The notes: generated by a model from the sequence alone, not told the origin. A stretch of DNA of 39,499 bases from an uncultured Sphingomonadales bacterium (GCA_937863505.1 CALMGC010000235.1:1-39499), one strand, 5' to 3'. Counted from the first letter of the stretch, positions 1-10,330 are shown. Made by a program: numbers and translations.

Positions 1-1
1 C

Positions 2-2062
2 CGCTACCGCGAGCTGTTCGGCGGCCTGCCGACCCCGCCCGGGCTGCCGCTCGGCGAGCCCGGGGTCGCCGCGTTGAGCGCCGCCGGGCGGACCGCATGG
101 CGCGACGGGACGGGAGCGGAGCCCGCATTGCAGCTCGCGGGCCAACCGCTCGTCGCCGCGATCACCCGCGCCGGCGCGCAGGAGGATATGCTGGTGTGGC
201 GCTTCGCCCGGCCGGAGCGGCGCGATGCGCCCGCGAGCCTGCGCGCGGCGCTGGCGGGCGAGGAGGGTGAGCGGCTCGGAGCGGCGGGCGTCATGGCCGC
301 GCTGATCACCCCCGACGGGCAGGTCCTCGCCGCCAACCGCGTGCTCGCCGCGCGCGCCGGGCTCGCCGACGCGGCGGGGCACGACATGGCCGAGCTGCTG
401 GCGGCGGACGCGCACGGGCTGGTGCGCTTTTCCGCCGAACAGGGCGGTAACCCGCTCCGCCTCGTCCCCGTGCCGCTGTCGGGCGACGAGGACGCGCCCG
501 TGCTGCTCGCGCTGCTTGATGAGGAGGACGCGCCCGCGGCCTCGGTCGGCGGCGGTGCAGGGCAGCTGCGCGGGCTGATCTCGATGATTCCGCTGGGGCT
601 GGCGCTGGTCGACCGCGACGGGCGCTTCACGCAGATGAACGACGCCTTCGTCCGCGCCGCGGGCGTGGAGGCGGGCGCATCGCCGCTCTACCCCGGCGAC
701 CTCGTCGTGCGCGAGGACAAGGGCGCGGTCGCCGATGCGGTGCGCCGATATGCGGGCGGCGCATCGCAGAAGAGCGACATGGCGGTGCGGCTGAAAGGCC
801 GGCCCGAGGAGCCGGTGGTGCTCACCGTCGCGGGCGCGCGCGGGCTGGGGGATGCCGCCGTGCTGCTCGCGCTCAAGGACAATGGCGAGGAGACGCGGCT
901 CAAGCGCCAGGCCGAACAGGCCACCAAGATGCAGGCGGTCGGCCAGCTCGCGGGCGGCGTCGCGCACGATTTCAACAATATCCTGACCGCGATCCTCGGC
1001 CATTGCGACCTGATGCTGATGCGCCATTCGCCGGGCGACAGCGATTATGACGACATCCAGCAGATCCGCACGAACTCCAACCGCGCCGCCGGACTGACGC
1101 GCCAGTTGCTCGCCTTTTCGCGCCAGCAGACGCTTCGCCCGCAGGTGCTTCAATTACCCGACATCGTGTCGGAAGTGTCGAACCTGCTCAAGCGATTGCT
1201 CGGCGAAACGGTGAAGCTCGAGATCCACCATGGCCGCAACCTCGGCGCCGTACGCGCGGACCCAGGGCAGCTCGAGCAGGTGGTGATGAACCTCGCAGTC
1301 AATGCGCGCGACGCGATGCTCTCGGCGAACCCGCACGGCGGCGGTGTGCTGACGATCCGGACGCGCGCGGTCGCGCCCGCCGACATCCGCGCGCTCGGCA
1401 CCGACATCATGCCGATCGGCCGGTACACCGCGCTGGAGGTGAGCGACACCGGCGTCGGCATCCCGCCGGACGTGCTGCCCAAAATCTGGGAGCCGTTCTT
1501 TACTACCAAGGAAGTGGGGAAGGGCACCGGGCTGGGTCTTTCCACCGTCTACGGCATCGTGAAGCAGTCGGAGGGCTATATCTTCGCCGACTCGCGCCCG
1601 GGTCAGGGGGCGACGTTCACCATCTACCTGCCCGTTCACGCCGCACCCGCCGCGCCGGTCCGGGTCGTGCGCGAGAAGCCCGCCGCCGCCGCCTGGGGCA
1701 CGGGCACGGTGCTGGTGGTGGAAGACGAGGACATGGTCCGCGCGGTCGCCGAGCGCGCCTTGGCGCGGCAGGGCTATACCGTGCTGACGGCGGAGAATGG
1801 CGAGGCGGCGCTGGAGCTCTTGGCGACGAGCGCCAAGCCCGACCTGCTCGTGTCGGACGTGGTGATGCCGTCGATGGACGGGCCGACGATGGCCAGGCGC
1901 GTGCGCGAGCGTTATCCCGACCTGCCGATCCTGTTCATGTCGGGCTATGCCGAGGAACAGCTGCGCCGCTCGATCGACCTCGATAATGTCGCGTTCCTGC
2001 CCAAGCCGTTCTCGGTGCAACAGCTCGCGGAAGCGGCGCGCGACGCGCTGCTGATCAAATAA
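2..2062 (+). CDS. cckA: Hybrid sensor histidine kinase/response regulator, CckA-like (5' truncated by the window edge)
   Basis: Frame is open from base 2. PAS-like region, H-box GQLAGGVAHDFNNILTAI, N-box NLAVNARDAM, G boxes DTGVGI and PFFTTKEVGKGTGLGL, and a C-terminal receiver (VVEDED...SDVVMP...KPFS). The cckA symbol is inferred from architecture. Confidence 0.85.
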   Translation, partial: RYRELFGGLPTPPGLPLGEPGVAALSAAGRTAWRDGTGAEPALQLAGQPLVAAITRAGAQEDMLVWRFARPERRDAPASLRAALAGEEGERLGAAGVMAALITPDGQVLAANRVLAARAGLADAAGHDMAELLAADAHGLVRFSAEQGGNPLRLVPVPLSGDEDAPVLLALLDEEDAPAASVGGGAGQLRGLISMIPLGLALVDRDGRFTQMNDAFVRAAGVEAGASPLYPGDLVVREDKGAVADAVRRYAGGASQKSDMAVRLKGRPEEPVVLTVAGARGLGDAAVLLALKDNGEETRLKRQAEQATKMQAVGQLAGGVAHDFNNILTAILGHCDLMLMRHSPGDSDYDDIQQIRTNSNRAAGLTRQLLAFSRQQTLRPQVLQLPDIVSEVSNLLKRLLGETVKLEIHHGRNLGAVRADPGQLEQVVMNLAVNARDAMLSANPHGGGVLTIRTRAVAPADIRALGTDIMPIGRYTALEVSDTGVGIPPDVLPKIWEPFFTTKEVGKGTGLGLSTVYGIVKQSEGYIFADSRPGQGATFTIYLPVHAAPAAPVRVVREKPAAAAWGTGTVLVVEDEDMVRAVAERALARQGYTVLTAENGEAALELLATSAKPDLLVSDVVMPSMDGPTMARRVRERYPDLPILFMSGYAEEQLRRSIDLDNVAFLPKPFSVQQLAEAARDALLIK

Positions 2063-2125
2063 GCTAAAGTCGCGCAAGTCATCCTTGCTTGCGCGGGCGT
2101 TGATTTGCGCACATGACCTGGGTTT

Positions 2126-2476
2126 ATGAATAGTCCCTCCCGCATCCTCCTCGTTGAGGACGAACCGCTGATTGCGATGATGCTGGAGGACTTCATCGAC
2201 CTGCTCGGCAAACAGGTGGCGGGCTCCGCCGATTGCGTGTCGGCGGCCTTGCAACTGGTCAAAACGGCGGACATCGACGCGGCGATCCTCGATGTGAACC
2301 TGCGCGCCGGTGAGAAGAGCTGGCCGATCGCGGACGCGCTGGCGGAGCGAGGTGTGCCGTTCCTCATCGCCACCGGCGGCAGCGGCGACACCGTCGACCC
2401 CGCGCACAAGCACCGCCCGGTGCTGCAAAAGCCGTTCACGATGGACGGGGTGAGCAGGGCGCTCGACGCGCTGTAG
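2126..2476 (+). CDS. Single-domain response regulator (PFxFATGY/FATGUY-like subfamily)
   Basis: ILLVEDE, phosphoacceptor in AILDVNL, PFLIATGG, KPF; no output domain. Confidence 0.9.
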   Translation: MNSPSRILLVEDEPLIAMMLEDFIDLLGKQVAGSADCVSAALQLVKTADIDAAILDVNLRAGEKSWPIADALAERGVPFLIATGGSGDTVDPAHKHRPVLQKPFTMDGVSRALDAL

Positions 2477-2483
2477 GGGGGCG

Positions 2484-2621
2484 TCAGCCGCGGACCAGGA
2501 GCGCCACGGCGACGATTGCGCCCGTCCAGGCACCTAGGAAGAGCAGGTTGCCGCGCCAGCCGGACGAGGGCTCGTCCGATCGGGACGGATCGCTCGACCC
2601 CGTCGTCAACGCCCGCCGCAT
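2484..2621 (-). CDS. Possible small single-pass membrane peptide (~45 aa; start uncertain)
   Basis: C-terminal hydrophobic stretch LLFLGAWTGAIVAVALLV; same strand as, and downstream of, the 2773-3818 pair. Confidence 0.35.
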   Translation of the reverse strand: MRRALTTGSSDPSRSDEPSSGWRGNLLFLGAWTGAIVAVALLVRG

Positions 2622-2772
2622 GAGTGATACCAGCACTATGTCGAGCGGACCGATCGCCTCCGTCCCAAGCAGCACGCGCAAGGGTGCCCGTTCGTAACAT
2701 CGCAGCAATCGCATCCCGCCTCGGCGGAACCGGGCAAGGCCGTTGCTGTCGCCCCTTGATCGAGTGCCGCCC

Positions 2773-3120
2773 TCAAAGCGCACCCGGCAACTCCGCGCTG
2801 CACGACAAGTTCTTCGCACCGGCGCGCGCCGCGACTGATTGAAGCGCCGCGAACGAGCCGGAGTCCCGACGGCAGTCCCCATCCACGTCGAGATACATCG
2901 TCCGATCACCCGAACGGATCAGCCCCGACGCCCGGGGATGGTTCCGCGAAGATTTCAGTAATTCCGAGCGCATCGCGGAGATAGCTTCCCACCCGCGCTG
3001 CTCGTCGGACGGCTCGAACAAGAGGTAAACGTGCTCGGCGCTCGTTGTCGGCCCGCCGGTACCGCTGCTGCAGCCCGGCACAACGAATGCGGCGAACAGG
3101 AGTGCCGAGTACCTTACCAC
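2773..3120 (-). CDS. Hypothetical lipoprotein
   Basis: N-terminus MVRYSALLFAAFVVPG-C resembles a lipoprotein signal, followed by an S/G/T linker. The GTG start overlaps the stop of the upstream gene by 7 nt. Confidence 0.65.
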   Translation of the reverse strand: MVRYSALLFAAFVVPGCSSGTGGPTTSAEHVYLLFEPSDEQRGWEAISAMRSELLKSSRNHPRASGLIRSGDRTMYLDVDGDCRRDSGSFAALQSVAARAGAKNLSCSAELPGAL

Positions 3121-3818
3121 CCCCGCCCCCTTACAAAGGAGGTCAAGTGATCCATCAAGGTCAACGGTCGGAAGACCGCATCGTGGTCGTCGAAAGGTCG
3201 GCGAAAAACCTGATATTTGTCACCCAGCTTCGTGTAGACCCGCAGTACCCCAGCATCGTTGGTCAGCGGCCCGATCTCGCCCGAGCCTAGTCTGGGCGAC
3301 GCCGCTTCCGAGCCCGTGCCGATGCGCGCGCTTCCACCCGCAGTTGCGACCGCGTTCGGCCCGGCATTCGGTCCTTTTCCACCGCGGTAGCCTCGACCGC
3401 TTGCAGCTCCGGTGTAATAGGTTCGCTTAAACCAAATACGCCACGCGACAGGTGTCGTGGTCACCGTGCTGCGAAAGACTTGCGGCTTCAGCTCACCGTA
3501 GCTGAGTTCGATACGGCGTTGCCGCGCCATCTGACCCAGATTGCCGAGGCTTACCGGCAAGCCGTACAAGTTAGATTTCACCCGTCCTTCGTTGAACTCG
3601 TCGTCGAGAGATTGCTGCATCGTCATGATCGAGTCGGGAATGCCACCCCGAAACTGTCGTGAGTTTACCTGATAATCGAATTCCGTCGAGCCGATCCGCA
3701 TGTCGAACTTCTCGACGGCGATCGACTGACCTGCCGAAAAGTACAGCGTTTGCCCTTCTTCGAGGATCGCCACCAACTTGTAGTAGTTTCGATCGATTCG
3801 GATCACGACGTCGCCCAT
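3114..3818 (-). CDS. Hypothetical protein, 234 aa, low GC
   Basis: ATG preceded by GGGGAC (SD-like). Aromatic- and Asn/Lys-containing composition unlike the Arg/Ala-rich shadow ORFs. Line 3541-3600 is 32/60 GC by hand count. Confidence 0.75.
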   Translation of the reverse strand: MGDVVIRIDRNYYKLVAILEEGQTLYFSAGQSIAVEKFDMRIGSTEFDYQVNSRQFRGGIPDSIMTMQQSLDDEFNEGRVKSNLYGLPVSLGNLGQMARQRRIELSYGELKPQVFRSTVTTTPVAWRIWFKRTYYTGAASGRGYRGGKGPNAGPNAVATAGGSARIGTGSEAASPRLGSGEIGPLTNDAGVLRVYTKLGDKYQVFRRPFDDHDAVFRPLTLMDHLTSFVRGRGW

Positions 3819-3929
3819 ACGAGTCCCCGATGTGCCAGCGGTTGTGGGTAGGCTATAGTCGCGGGCCGGCGCTGTCGAGACAGCACCGGGGATTGCGGGG
3901 CGTTCTGCGTACGCCTAACCCGCGCAGTC

Positions 3930-5648
3930 ATGCCAGCCTTCGACAAGTCTCGCCTGCCCAGCCGCCATGTCTCGGTCGGTCCCGAGCGCGCGCCGCATCG
4001 GTCCTATTACTACGCGATGGGGCTGACCGAGGAAGAGATCGCGCGGCCCTTCGTCGCGGTCGCCTCGGCGGGGAACGACTCCGCGCCGTGCAACATCACC
4101 CTCGACGCGCAGGCCGATGTCGCGCGCGAGGGGGTGATCGCGGCGGGCGGAATGCCGCGCCGGTTCAACACCATCACTGTCACCGACGGCATCGCGATGG
4201 GGCATCAGGGGATGAAGTCCTCGCTCGTCAGCCGGGAGGTGATCGCGGACTCGGTCGAGCTGTCGGTGCGCGGGCATTGCTATGACGCGCTGGTCGGCTT
4301 CGCGGGATGCGACAAGTCGCTGCCGGGGATGATGATGGCGATGCTGCGCCTCAATGTGCCGAGCATCTTCGTCTACGGCGGCTCGATCCTGCCCGGGCGT
4401 TTTCACGACCGCGACGTGACGGTGATCGACGTGTTCGAGGCGGTGGGCAAGCACGCCGCGGGCGCGTGTCCGCTCTCCGAGGTTCACGAGCTGGAGAAGG
4501 TCGCCTGCCCCGGCGCGGGCGCGTGCGGCGGGCAATATACCGCTAACACCATGGCCTGCGTCGCGGAGGCGATCGGGCTGTCGCTCCCCAACAGCAACAT
4601 GGCCCCCGCGCCCTATGCGACGCGCGATCAGATCGCGCACGCGGCGGGCGCGCAGGTGATGGAGCTGCTCGCCCGCGACCTGCGCCCGCGCGCGATCTGC
4701 ACGCGCGCGGCGTTCGAGAATGCGGCGCGGGTGGTGGCGGCGACGGGCGGCTCGACCAATGCGGCGCTGCATCTGCCCGCGATGGCGCATGAAGCGGGGA
4801 TCGTGTTCGATCTCCACGACGTCGCGCGCGTGTTCAAGGAAACGCCCTACCTCGCCGACCTCAAGCCCGGCGGCAACTATGTCGCCCGCGACATGTATGA
4901 GGCGGGCGGGGTCTATATGCTGATGAAGACGATGCTCGGCGCTGGGCTGCTCGACGGCGAGTGCCTGACGGTGTCCGGTCGCACGCTCGCGGAGAACATC
5001 GACGAGGTGACGTGGAACCCGGACCAGAAGGTTATCCGCGAGGTGAGCAATCCCCTGTCGCCAACCGGCGGCGTGGTGGGGCTCACCGGCACGCTCGCGC
5101 CCGAGGGGGCGATCGTCAAGGTGGCGGGGCTCCACCGGCTCCAGTTCGAGGGCCCCGCGCGGGTGTTCGATTGCGAGGAGGACGCCTTTGCCGCGGTCGA
5201 AGCGCGCGCGATCGCAGAGGGCGAGGTGATCGTCATTCGCTATGAAGGCCCCAAGGGCGGGCCGGGGATGCGTGAGATGCTGAGCACCACCGCCGCGCTC
5301 TACGGGCAGGGCATGGGCGAGAAGGTGGCGCTGATCACCGACGGTCGCTTCTCGGGCGGCACGCGCGGTTTCTGCATCGGCCATGTCGGGCCGGAAGCGG
5401 CGGACGGCGGCCCGATCGCGCTGATCGAGAACGGCGACCCGATCCGCATCGACGCGGAGGCGGGGACGATCGACCTGCTCGTGGCGGAGGAGGTGCTGGC
5501 CGAGCGACGTGAGCGGTGGGCACCGCGCGTGAACGCCTACGGCTCGGGCGCGCTGTGGCGGTTCGCGCGCAACGTCGGCCCGGCGAGTAAGGGCGCGGTG
5601 ACGCACCCGGGCGCGGCGGCCGAGCGGCACGTCTATGCGGATATCTGA
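3930..5648 (+). CDS. ilvD: Dihydroxy-acid dehydratase
   Basis: [43 protein letters not shown] and TDGRFSGGT motifs. Confidence 0.96.
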   Translation: MPAFDKSRLPSRHVSVGPERAPHRSYYYAMGLTEEEIARPFVAVASAGNDSAPCNITLDAQADVAREGVIAAGGMPRRFNTITVTDGIAMGHQGMKSSLVSREVIADSVELSVRGHCYDALVGFAGCDKSLPGMMMAMLRLNVPSIFVYGGSILPGRFHDRDVTVIDVFEAVGKHAAGACPLSEVHELEKVACPGAGACGGQYTANTMACVAEAIGLSLPNSNMAPAPYATRDQIAHAAGAQVMELLARDLRPRAICTRAAFENAARVVAATGGSTNAALHLPAMAHEAGIVFDLHDVARVFKETPYLADLKPGGNYVARDMYEAGGVYMLMKTMLGAGLLDGECLTVSGRTLAENIDEVTWNPDQKVIREVSNPLSPTGGVVGLTGTLAPEGAIVKVAGLHRLQFEGPARVFDCEEDAFAAVEARAIAEGEVIVIRYEGPKGGPGMREMLSTTAALYGQGMGEKVALITDGRFSGGTRGFCIGHVGPEAADGGPIALIENGDPIRIDAEAGTIDLLVAEEVLAERRERWAPRVNAYGSGALWRFARNVGPASKGAVTHPGAAAERHVYADI

Positions 5649-5689
5649 GCGCGTGGGCCGGTGTAGGCCGAGCGGCTTACAAAGATCCA

Positions 5690-5759
5690 ACCCTCCCCGG
5701 CGAAGGCCGGGGCTCAGCGGGGCCCGCAGAGCTAGACCCCGGCCTTCGCCGGGGAGGGT
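5690..5759. repeat. REP-like doublet (perfect 23-bp inverted repeat; each arm is itself a hairpin)
   Basis: accctccccggcgaaggccgggg (5690-5712) and ccccggccttcgccggggagggt (5737-5759); inner palindrome CCCCGGC-GAAG-GCCGGGG. Confidence 0.85.
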
Positions 5760-5760
5760 G

Positions 5761-6144
5761 GTGCGTTGGCTCAGCGTGGCCACCGCGCTCACGACGACTG
5801 CCTGCCATCGCCAGTCGACCGCAACCGCGACGCTTGCCGAGATGCAGCGGAACACGACCGCACTCGTCGAGGACACCCGCATACCCTGCGCGACCGGCAC
5901 CGCACCGCTCGCGCCCGGGTGCACCGTTAGCCGGGAACAGACCCCCGCTGGGCTGGTCGTCACGATCCAGCGTGCGGACGGGAGCTTCCGCCGGTTGCTG
6001 GTCACCCGCGACGGGCGCGGCGTGGTCGCCGCCGATGGCGCGCAACCGGCGCGGGTCAGCGTCGCCGGGCCGGACCAGATCGAGGTCGCGCTTGGCGGTG
6101 ATCGCTACCGCCTGCCCGCCACGATCCGCTCGGGCGCGCGATGA
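5761..6144 (+). CDS. Hypothetical lipoprotein
   Basis: GTG start after GGAGG; MRWLSVATALTTTA-C lipobox-like N-terminus; two further Cys; stop overlaps the nnr start (ATGA). Confidence 0.7.
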   Translation: MRWLSVATALTTTACHRQSTATATLAEMQRNTTALVEDTRIPCATGTAPLAPGCTVSREQTPAGLVVTIQRADGSFRRLLVTRDGRGVVAADGAQPARVSVAGPDQIEVALGGDRYRLPATIRSGAR

Positions 6145-7520
6145 ACCGAATCGAGGGCCTGCCCGTCCTCACCGCCTGGCAGATGCGCGCAGCCGAGGAG
6201 TGCGCGATGGCGACGGGCGTCAGCGTCGACGCGCTGATGATCCGCGCAGGCGAGGGCGTGGCGGAGGCGGTGCGCCGACTCGCGGTCGGGGCGGAGGCGC
6301 TGATCCTGTGCGGGCCGGGCAACAATGGCGGCGACGGCTGGGTCGCGGCGGCGTCGCTGGCGAAGAGCGGGCACCCGGTGCGCGTGGCAATGCTCGCCGA
6401 GCCCGCGACGGAGGTGGCCGCGCGCGCCCGCGCCGGTTGGACGGGGCCGGTCGAAACACTCGCGGATGCCGCGCCCGCGCCGGTGGTGGTCGACGCGCTG
6501 TTCGGCACCGGTCTCGCTCGCCCGCTCGCCCTCGAGGCGCATGGCGCATTCTTGCCGCTGGTCGGCGCGGCGCGGCTGTCGATCGCGGTCGACTTGCCGA
6601 GCGGGGTGTCGACCGACGACGGCCGGTTCCTCGGCGAGGTGCCCCGCTTCGACCTCACGCTTGCGCTCGGCGCGCCCAAGCCCGCGCACTTGCTCCAGCC
6701 CGGGGCGGAGCGGTGCGGCGAGGTGCGGGTGATCGACATCGGCGTTCCGGCAATGAGCGATGCAATGGTGATCGCCGCGCCGACGCTTAGGAACCCCGGA
6801 CCGGCCGACCACAAATACACGCGCGGCATGGTCGCGATCGTCGGCGGCGAGATGGCGGGCGCGTCCCTGCTCGCCGCCACCGCCGCCATGCGTGCGGGCG
6901 CGGGCTATGTCGCGCTGCTCGGCGGGACGGGGCAGGGCGGGCCGCACGCGCTGGTCCACCGTCCGCTGGAGGCGCATAGCCTCGGCGACCCGCGCATCGG
7001 CGCGCTGCTGATCGGCCCCGGTCTTGGTCGCGACGACGCGGCGCGCGCCAAGCTGGAGCAGGCGCTCGCCACCGACCACCCGCTCGTGATCGACGGCGAC
7101 GCGCTGGTGATGCTCGATGTGGACCGGCTTGCCAGCCGCGCGGGGCCCGCGATCCTCACGCCCCATGCGGGCGAGTTCAAGGCTGCGTTCGGAGCCCCGC
7201 CCGGCAGCAAGCTCGACGAGGCGCGCGCCGCCGCGACCCGCTCGGGGGCGGTGGTCGTGTTCAAGGGCGCGGATACCGTCATCGCCGCCCCGGACGGGCG
7301 CGCGCGGCTATCGCCCGGTGCAAGCGACTGGCTGTCGACGGCGGGGTCGGGCGATGTGCTCGCGGGCGCGGTCGCGGCGATGCTGGCGGCGCAGCACGAG
7401 CCGCTGGAGGCAGCGGCGGCGGCGGTGTGGCTCCACAACGACGCGGCGCGGCGCTGCGGGGCGGCGTTCATCGCTGACGACCTCGCCGAGGCGATGACGC
7501 TCGCGCGCGCCGGCCTGTGA
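6141..7520 (+). CDS. nnr: Bifunctional NAD(P)H-hydrate epimerase/dehydratase (YjeF)
   Basis: CGPGNNGGDG, DALFGTG, DLPSG, HKYTRG, IGPGLG, DGDAL, TPHAGE and TAGSGDVLAG motifs. Confidence 0.95.
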   Translation: MNRIEGLPVLTAWQMRAAEECAMATGVSVDALMIRAGEGVAEAVRRLAVGAEALILCGPGNNGGDGWVAAASLAKSGHPVRVAMLAEPATEVAARARAGWTGPVETLADAAPAPVVVDALFGTGLARPLALEAHGAFLPLVGAARLSIAVDLPSGVSTDDGRFLGEVPRFDLTLALGAPKPAHLLQPGAERCGEVRVIDIGVPAMSDAMVIAAPTLRNPGPADHKYTRGMVAIVGGEMAGASLLAATAAMRAGAGYVALLGGTGQGGPHALVHRPLEAHSLGDPRIGALLIGPGLGRDDAARAKLEQALATDHPLVIDGDALVMLDVDRLASRAGPAILTPHAGEFKAAFGAPPGSKLDEARAAATRSGAVVVFKGADTVIAAPDGRARLSPGASDWLSTAGSGDVLAGAVAAMLAAQHEPLEAAAAAVWLHNDAARRCGAAFIADDLAEAMTLARAGL

Positions 7521-8683
7521 GCCGTGTCGTCCGGGTCGCTGCGCGGGGCGAGGGCGTTACGGAGGACGGCCGCCACGTCTCCCTTGCCGCGCCCGGCGAC
7601 ATGCTGGCGGCGGACGGCACGGTTCAGCCCGGCCCGCATCATCAGGTGCCGCCCTGTCGCCACTTCCCGACCTGCGGCGGCTGCCAGCTTCAGCACCTCG
7701 ATGATGAGGCGTGGAGCGGGTTCATCACCGACCGCATCGCCTCCGCGCTCGCCGCGCAGGGGCTCGCCGCGCCGGTTCGCGCGCCTTTGCTCTCGCCGCC
7801 GCGCACCCGCCGCCGCGCGACGCTCCACTTCGAGCGCGGACGGCTCGGGTTCAGCGAGGCGAAGAGCCACGCGGTCGTCGACATGCGCGAGTGCCACATC
7901 CTCGCGCCCGAACTCTTCGCGCTGGTCGCGCCGTTGCGGGCGCTGCTTGGGCGCTGGGGCGGCAAGCGGCGGACGGACGTCCACCTGACGCTCGCCGACC
8001 AGGGCGCGGACGTGCTGATCGGCGGCACCGGGCCGGAAGGTCTCGCCGCCGCCGAGGCACTGACCGCGTTCGCGCAAACCCACGCGCTCGCGCGACTGTC
8101 GCTCGACGATGGCTATGGCGCGGAGACGCGGTGGGAGCCGCGGCCCGTCACCGTCACGCTCGGGGGGACGCCGGTCGCGCTGCCGCCGGGCGCGTTCCTC
8201 CAGGCGACACGCGAGGGCGAGGCGGCGCTGGTCGCTTCGGTGCGCGAGGCGGTCGGGGCGGCTCCGGTGATCGCGGACCTGTTCGCGGGGCTAGGCACCT
8301 TCGCGCTGTCGCTGCCCGGGCGCGTCTATGTCGCCGAGGCCGCGCGCGAGGCGGTGCTGGCGCTCAAGGGCGCAGCGAACGCGGCAGGGCGAGCGCTGTT
8401 CGTTGAGCATCGCGACCTCTACCGCCGCCCGCTCACGCCCGCGGAGCTCAACCGCTTCGCCGTCGTCGTGCTCGACCCGCCCCGCGCGGGCGCGCGCGAG
8501 CAGGTCGAGGCGATCGCGGTCTCGACGGTGCCGGTGGTCGCCTACGTCTCCTGCAACCCGGCGAGTTTTGCACGCGACGCGAAGCTGCTGGCGGACGGCG
8601 GCTATCGCGTCGACTGGGTGCAGCCGGTTGGCCAGTTCCGCTGGTCGACACATGTCGAGCTGGCAGCGCGGTTCAGCCGCTGA
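7517..8683 (+). CDS. RNA m5U methyltransferase, RlmD/TrmA family
   Basis: Fe-S motif [38 protein letters not shown] and HVE. Confidence 0.92.
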   Translation: MSRVVRVAARGEGVTEDGRHVSLAAPGDMLAADGTVQPGPHHQVPPCRHFPTCGGCQLQHLDDEAWSGFITDRIASALAAQGLAAPVRAPLLSPPRTRRRATLHFERGRLGFSEAKSHAVVDMRECHILAPELFALVAPLRALLGRWGGKRRTDVHLTLADQGADVLIGGTGPEGLAAAEALTAFAQTHALARLSLDDGYGAETRWEPRPVTVTLGGTPVALPPGAFLQATREGEAALVASVREAVGAAPVIADLFAGLGTFALSLPGRVYVAEAAREAVLALKGAANAAGRALFVEHRDLYRRPLTPAELNRFAVVVLDPPRAGAREQVEAIAVSTVPVVAYVSCNPASFARDAKLLADGGYRVDWVQPVGQFRWSTHVELAARFSR

Positions 8684-9425
8684 CGGGCGGGTAATCCGCG
8701 CCCACGAACCACAGCCCATCCGGCGGCGCATTGAGCCCCAGCGCCGCCCGGTTGCGCGCCGCCAGCGCCGCCGCGAGGTCTCCCGGCGACCACCGACCTT
8801 GCCCCACCAGCACGAGGCACCCCACCATCGACCGCACCTGATGGTGGAGGAACGACCGCGCGGAGGCGAACACCTCCACCGCCTCGCCCGCGCGCACCAC
8901 GTCGAGCCGGTCGAGCGTCCTCAGCGGACTCGCCGCCTGACAGTGCGCGGAGCGGAAGGTGGTGAAGTCATGCCGCCCGACCAGCCGCGCCGCCGCCGCG
9001 CGCATCGCCTCGACATCGAGCGGCTGCGGCACGCGCCAGGCGAGCCCGCGCTCCCAGGTCAGGTCCGCGCGCCGGTTGACGATGCGGTAGCGGTAGTGCC
9101 GCGCCACGCAGGAAAAGCGCGCGTGCCAGTCGTCCGGCACGACCTCGCACGCAAGCACCGCGACCGGATCGGGCCGGAGCCGCGCGTTGATCGCCTGCCC
9201 GAACCGGAACGCGTCAAAGGGCTTCGCCACATCGACATGCGCGCGCATCGCCAGCGCGTGGACGCCCGCGTCGGTGCGCCCGGCGGCGTGGACGGTGGCG
9301 TTCTCGCCGGTGACGGCCTGCACCGCGCGCTCGATCGCCCCCTGCACGCTCGGCCCGTGCTCCTGCCGCTGCCAGCCCTGGAAGGGGCGGCCGTCATATT
9401 CCACCGTCAGCGCGAAACGGGTCAC
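8673..9425 (-). CDS. truA: tRNA pseudouridine(38-40) synthase
   Basis: [43 protein letters not shown]; the GTG start overlaps the fmt stop (GTGA). Confidence 0.96.
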   Translation of the reverse strand: MTRFALTVEYDGRPFQGWQRQEHGPSVQGAIERAVQAVTGENATVHAAGRTDAGVHALAMRAHVDVAKPFDAFRFGQAINARLRPDPVAVLACEVVPDDWHARFSCVARHYRYRIVNRRADLTWERGLAWRVPQPLDVEAMRAAAARLVGRHDFTTFRSAHCQAASPLRTLDRLDVVRAGEAVEVFASARSFLHHQVRSMVGCLVLVGQGRWSPGDLAAALAARNRAALGLNAPPDGLWFVGADYPPVSG

Positions 9426-10330
9426 CCGAGGCGGGTGCCCGGCGCGATCGGGAAGCCGCGCAGCAGCTCGGCGGCCGTCATTGCGGCCTTGCCCGCACGT
9501 TGAACTATCAATGGTTGTATCAGCCCTGCTCCGCAACAAACGACCAAGCGGTCGTCAACAGTAATCCCTGAGACTTTGCATGGCACATCGGGCATAACGT
9601 CAGCCGCGAGCACGCGGACCCGTTCTCCAGCTAAGTCGAACCACGCCCCCGGCGCAGGAGAGAAGGCGCGAACCTGACGTCCTACCTCAACCGCGTTGCA
9701 CGACCAATCGATCCTGGTCTCGGACTTGTCGACCTTTGTCGCATAGGTGACGCCCTCGTCGGGCTGCGGAGTCGATCGAAGCGGGCGAGCGATCGTCTCT
9801 ACCATTAGGGCCGCGCCGATCATCGACAGTTCAAGCGTCAGGTCGCCCGCGGTTTTGTCCGCGACGGGCACCCACGCGCGCGACAGTACCGGCCCGGTGT
9901 CGAGCCCCGCCTCCATCTGCATGATGCACACCCCCGTCGCCGCGTCTCCGGCCAAAATCGCGCGCTGGATCGGCGCCGCCCCTCGCCACCTCGGCAGCAA
10001 CGAGCCGTGGACGTTGAGGCACCCGTGTGCGGGCGCGTCGAGCACGGCCTGCGGCAGGATCAACCCATAAGCTGCGACCACGCCTACGTCCGCGCCCAGC
10101 GCCGCGAACGCCGCCTGCGCCTCCGCCCCGCGCAGCGACTTGGGCGTCCGCACCTCGATGCCGAGCGCCTCCGCCCGCTTCTGCACCGGCGAGGCCACCA
10201 GCTCCCGCCCGCGCCGTCCGCCGGGGCGCGGCGGCTGCATATACGCCGCCACCACCTCATGCCCCGCCGCAACCAGCGCGTCGAGCGTCGGCACGGCGAA
10301 CGCCGGAGTCCCCATGAACACGATCCGCAT
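9422..10330 (-). CDS. fmt: Methionyl-tRNA formyltransferase
   Basis: [37 protein letters not shown] and MEAGLDTGP motifs. Confidence 0.96.
   Translation of the reverse strand: MRIVFMGTPAFAVPTLDALVAAGHEVVAAYMQPPRPGGRRGRELVASPVQKRAEALGIEVRTPKSLRGAEAQAAFAALGADVGVVAAYGLILPQAVLDAPAHGCLNVHGSLLPRWRGAAPIQRAILAGDAATGVCIMQMEAGLDTGPVLSRAWVPVADKTAGDLTLELSMIGAALMVETIARPLRSTPQPDEGVTYATKVDKSETRIDWSCNAVEVGRQVRAFSPAPGAWFDLAGERVRVLAADVMPDVPCKVSGITVDDRLVVCCGAGLIQPLIVQRAGKAAMTAAELLRGFPIAPGTRLG

Noticed and set aside
5635-5760. N-terminal extension of the 5635-6144 ORF
   Set aside because: It translates the REP doublet; the lipoprotein signal begins at 5761.
3915-6005. 696-aa minus-strand ORF (and similar ones at 15199-17289, 24692-26593, 21342-22862)
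   Set aside because: Antisense to well-supported genes; the stop-free reverse frame is explained by codon bias.
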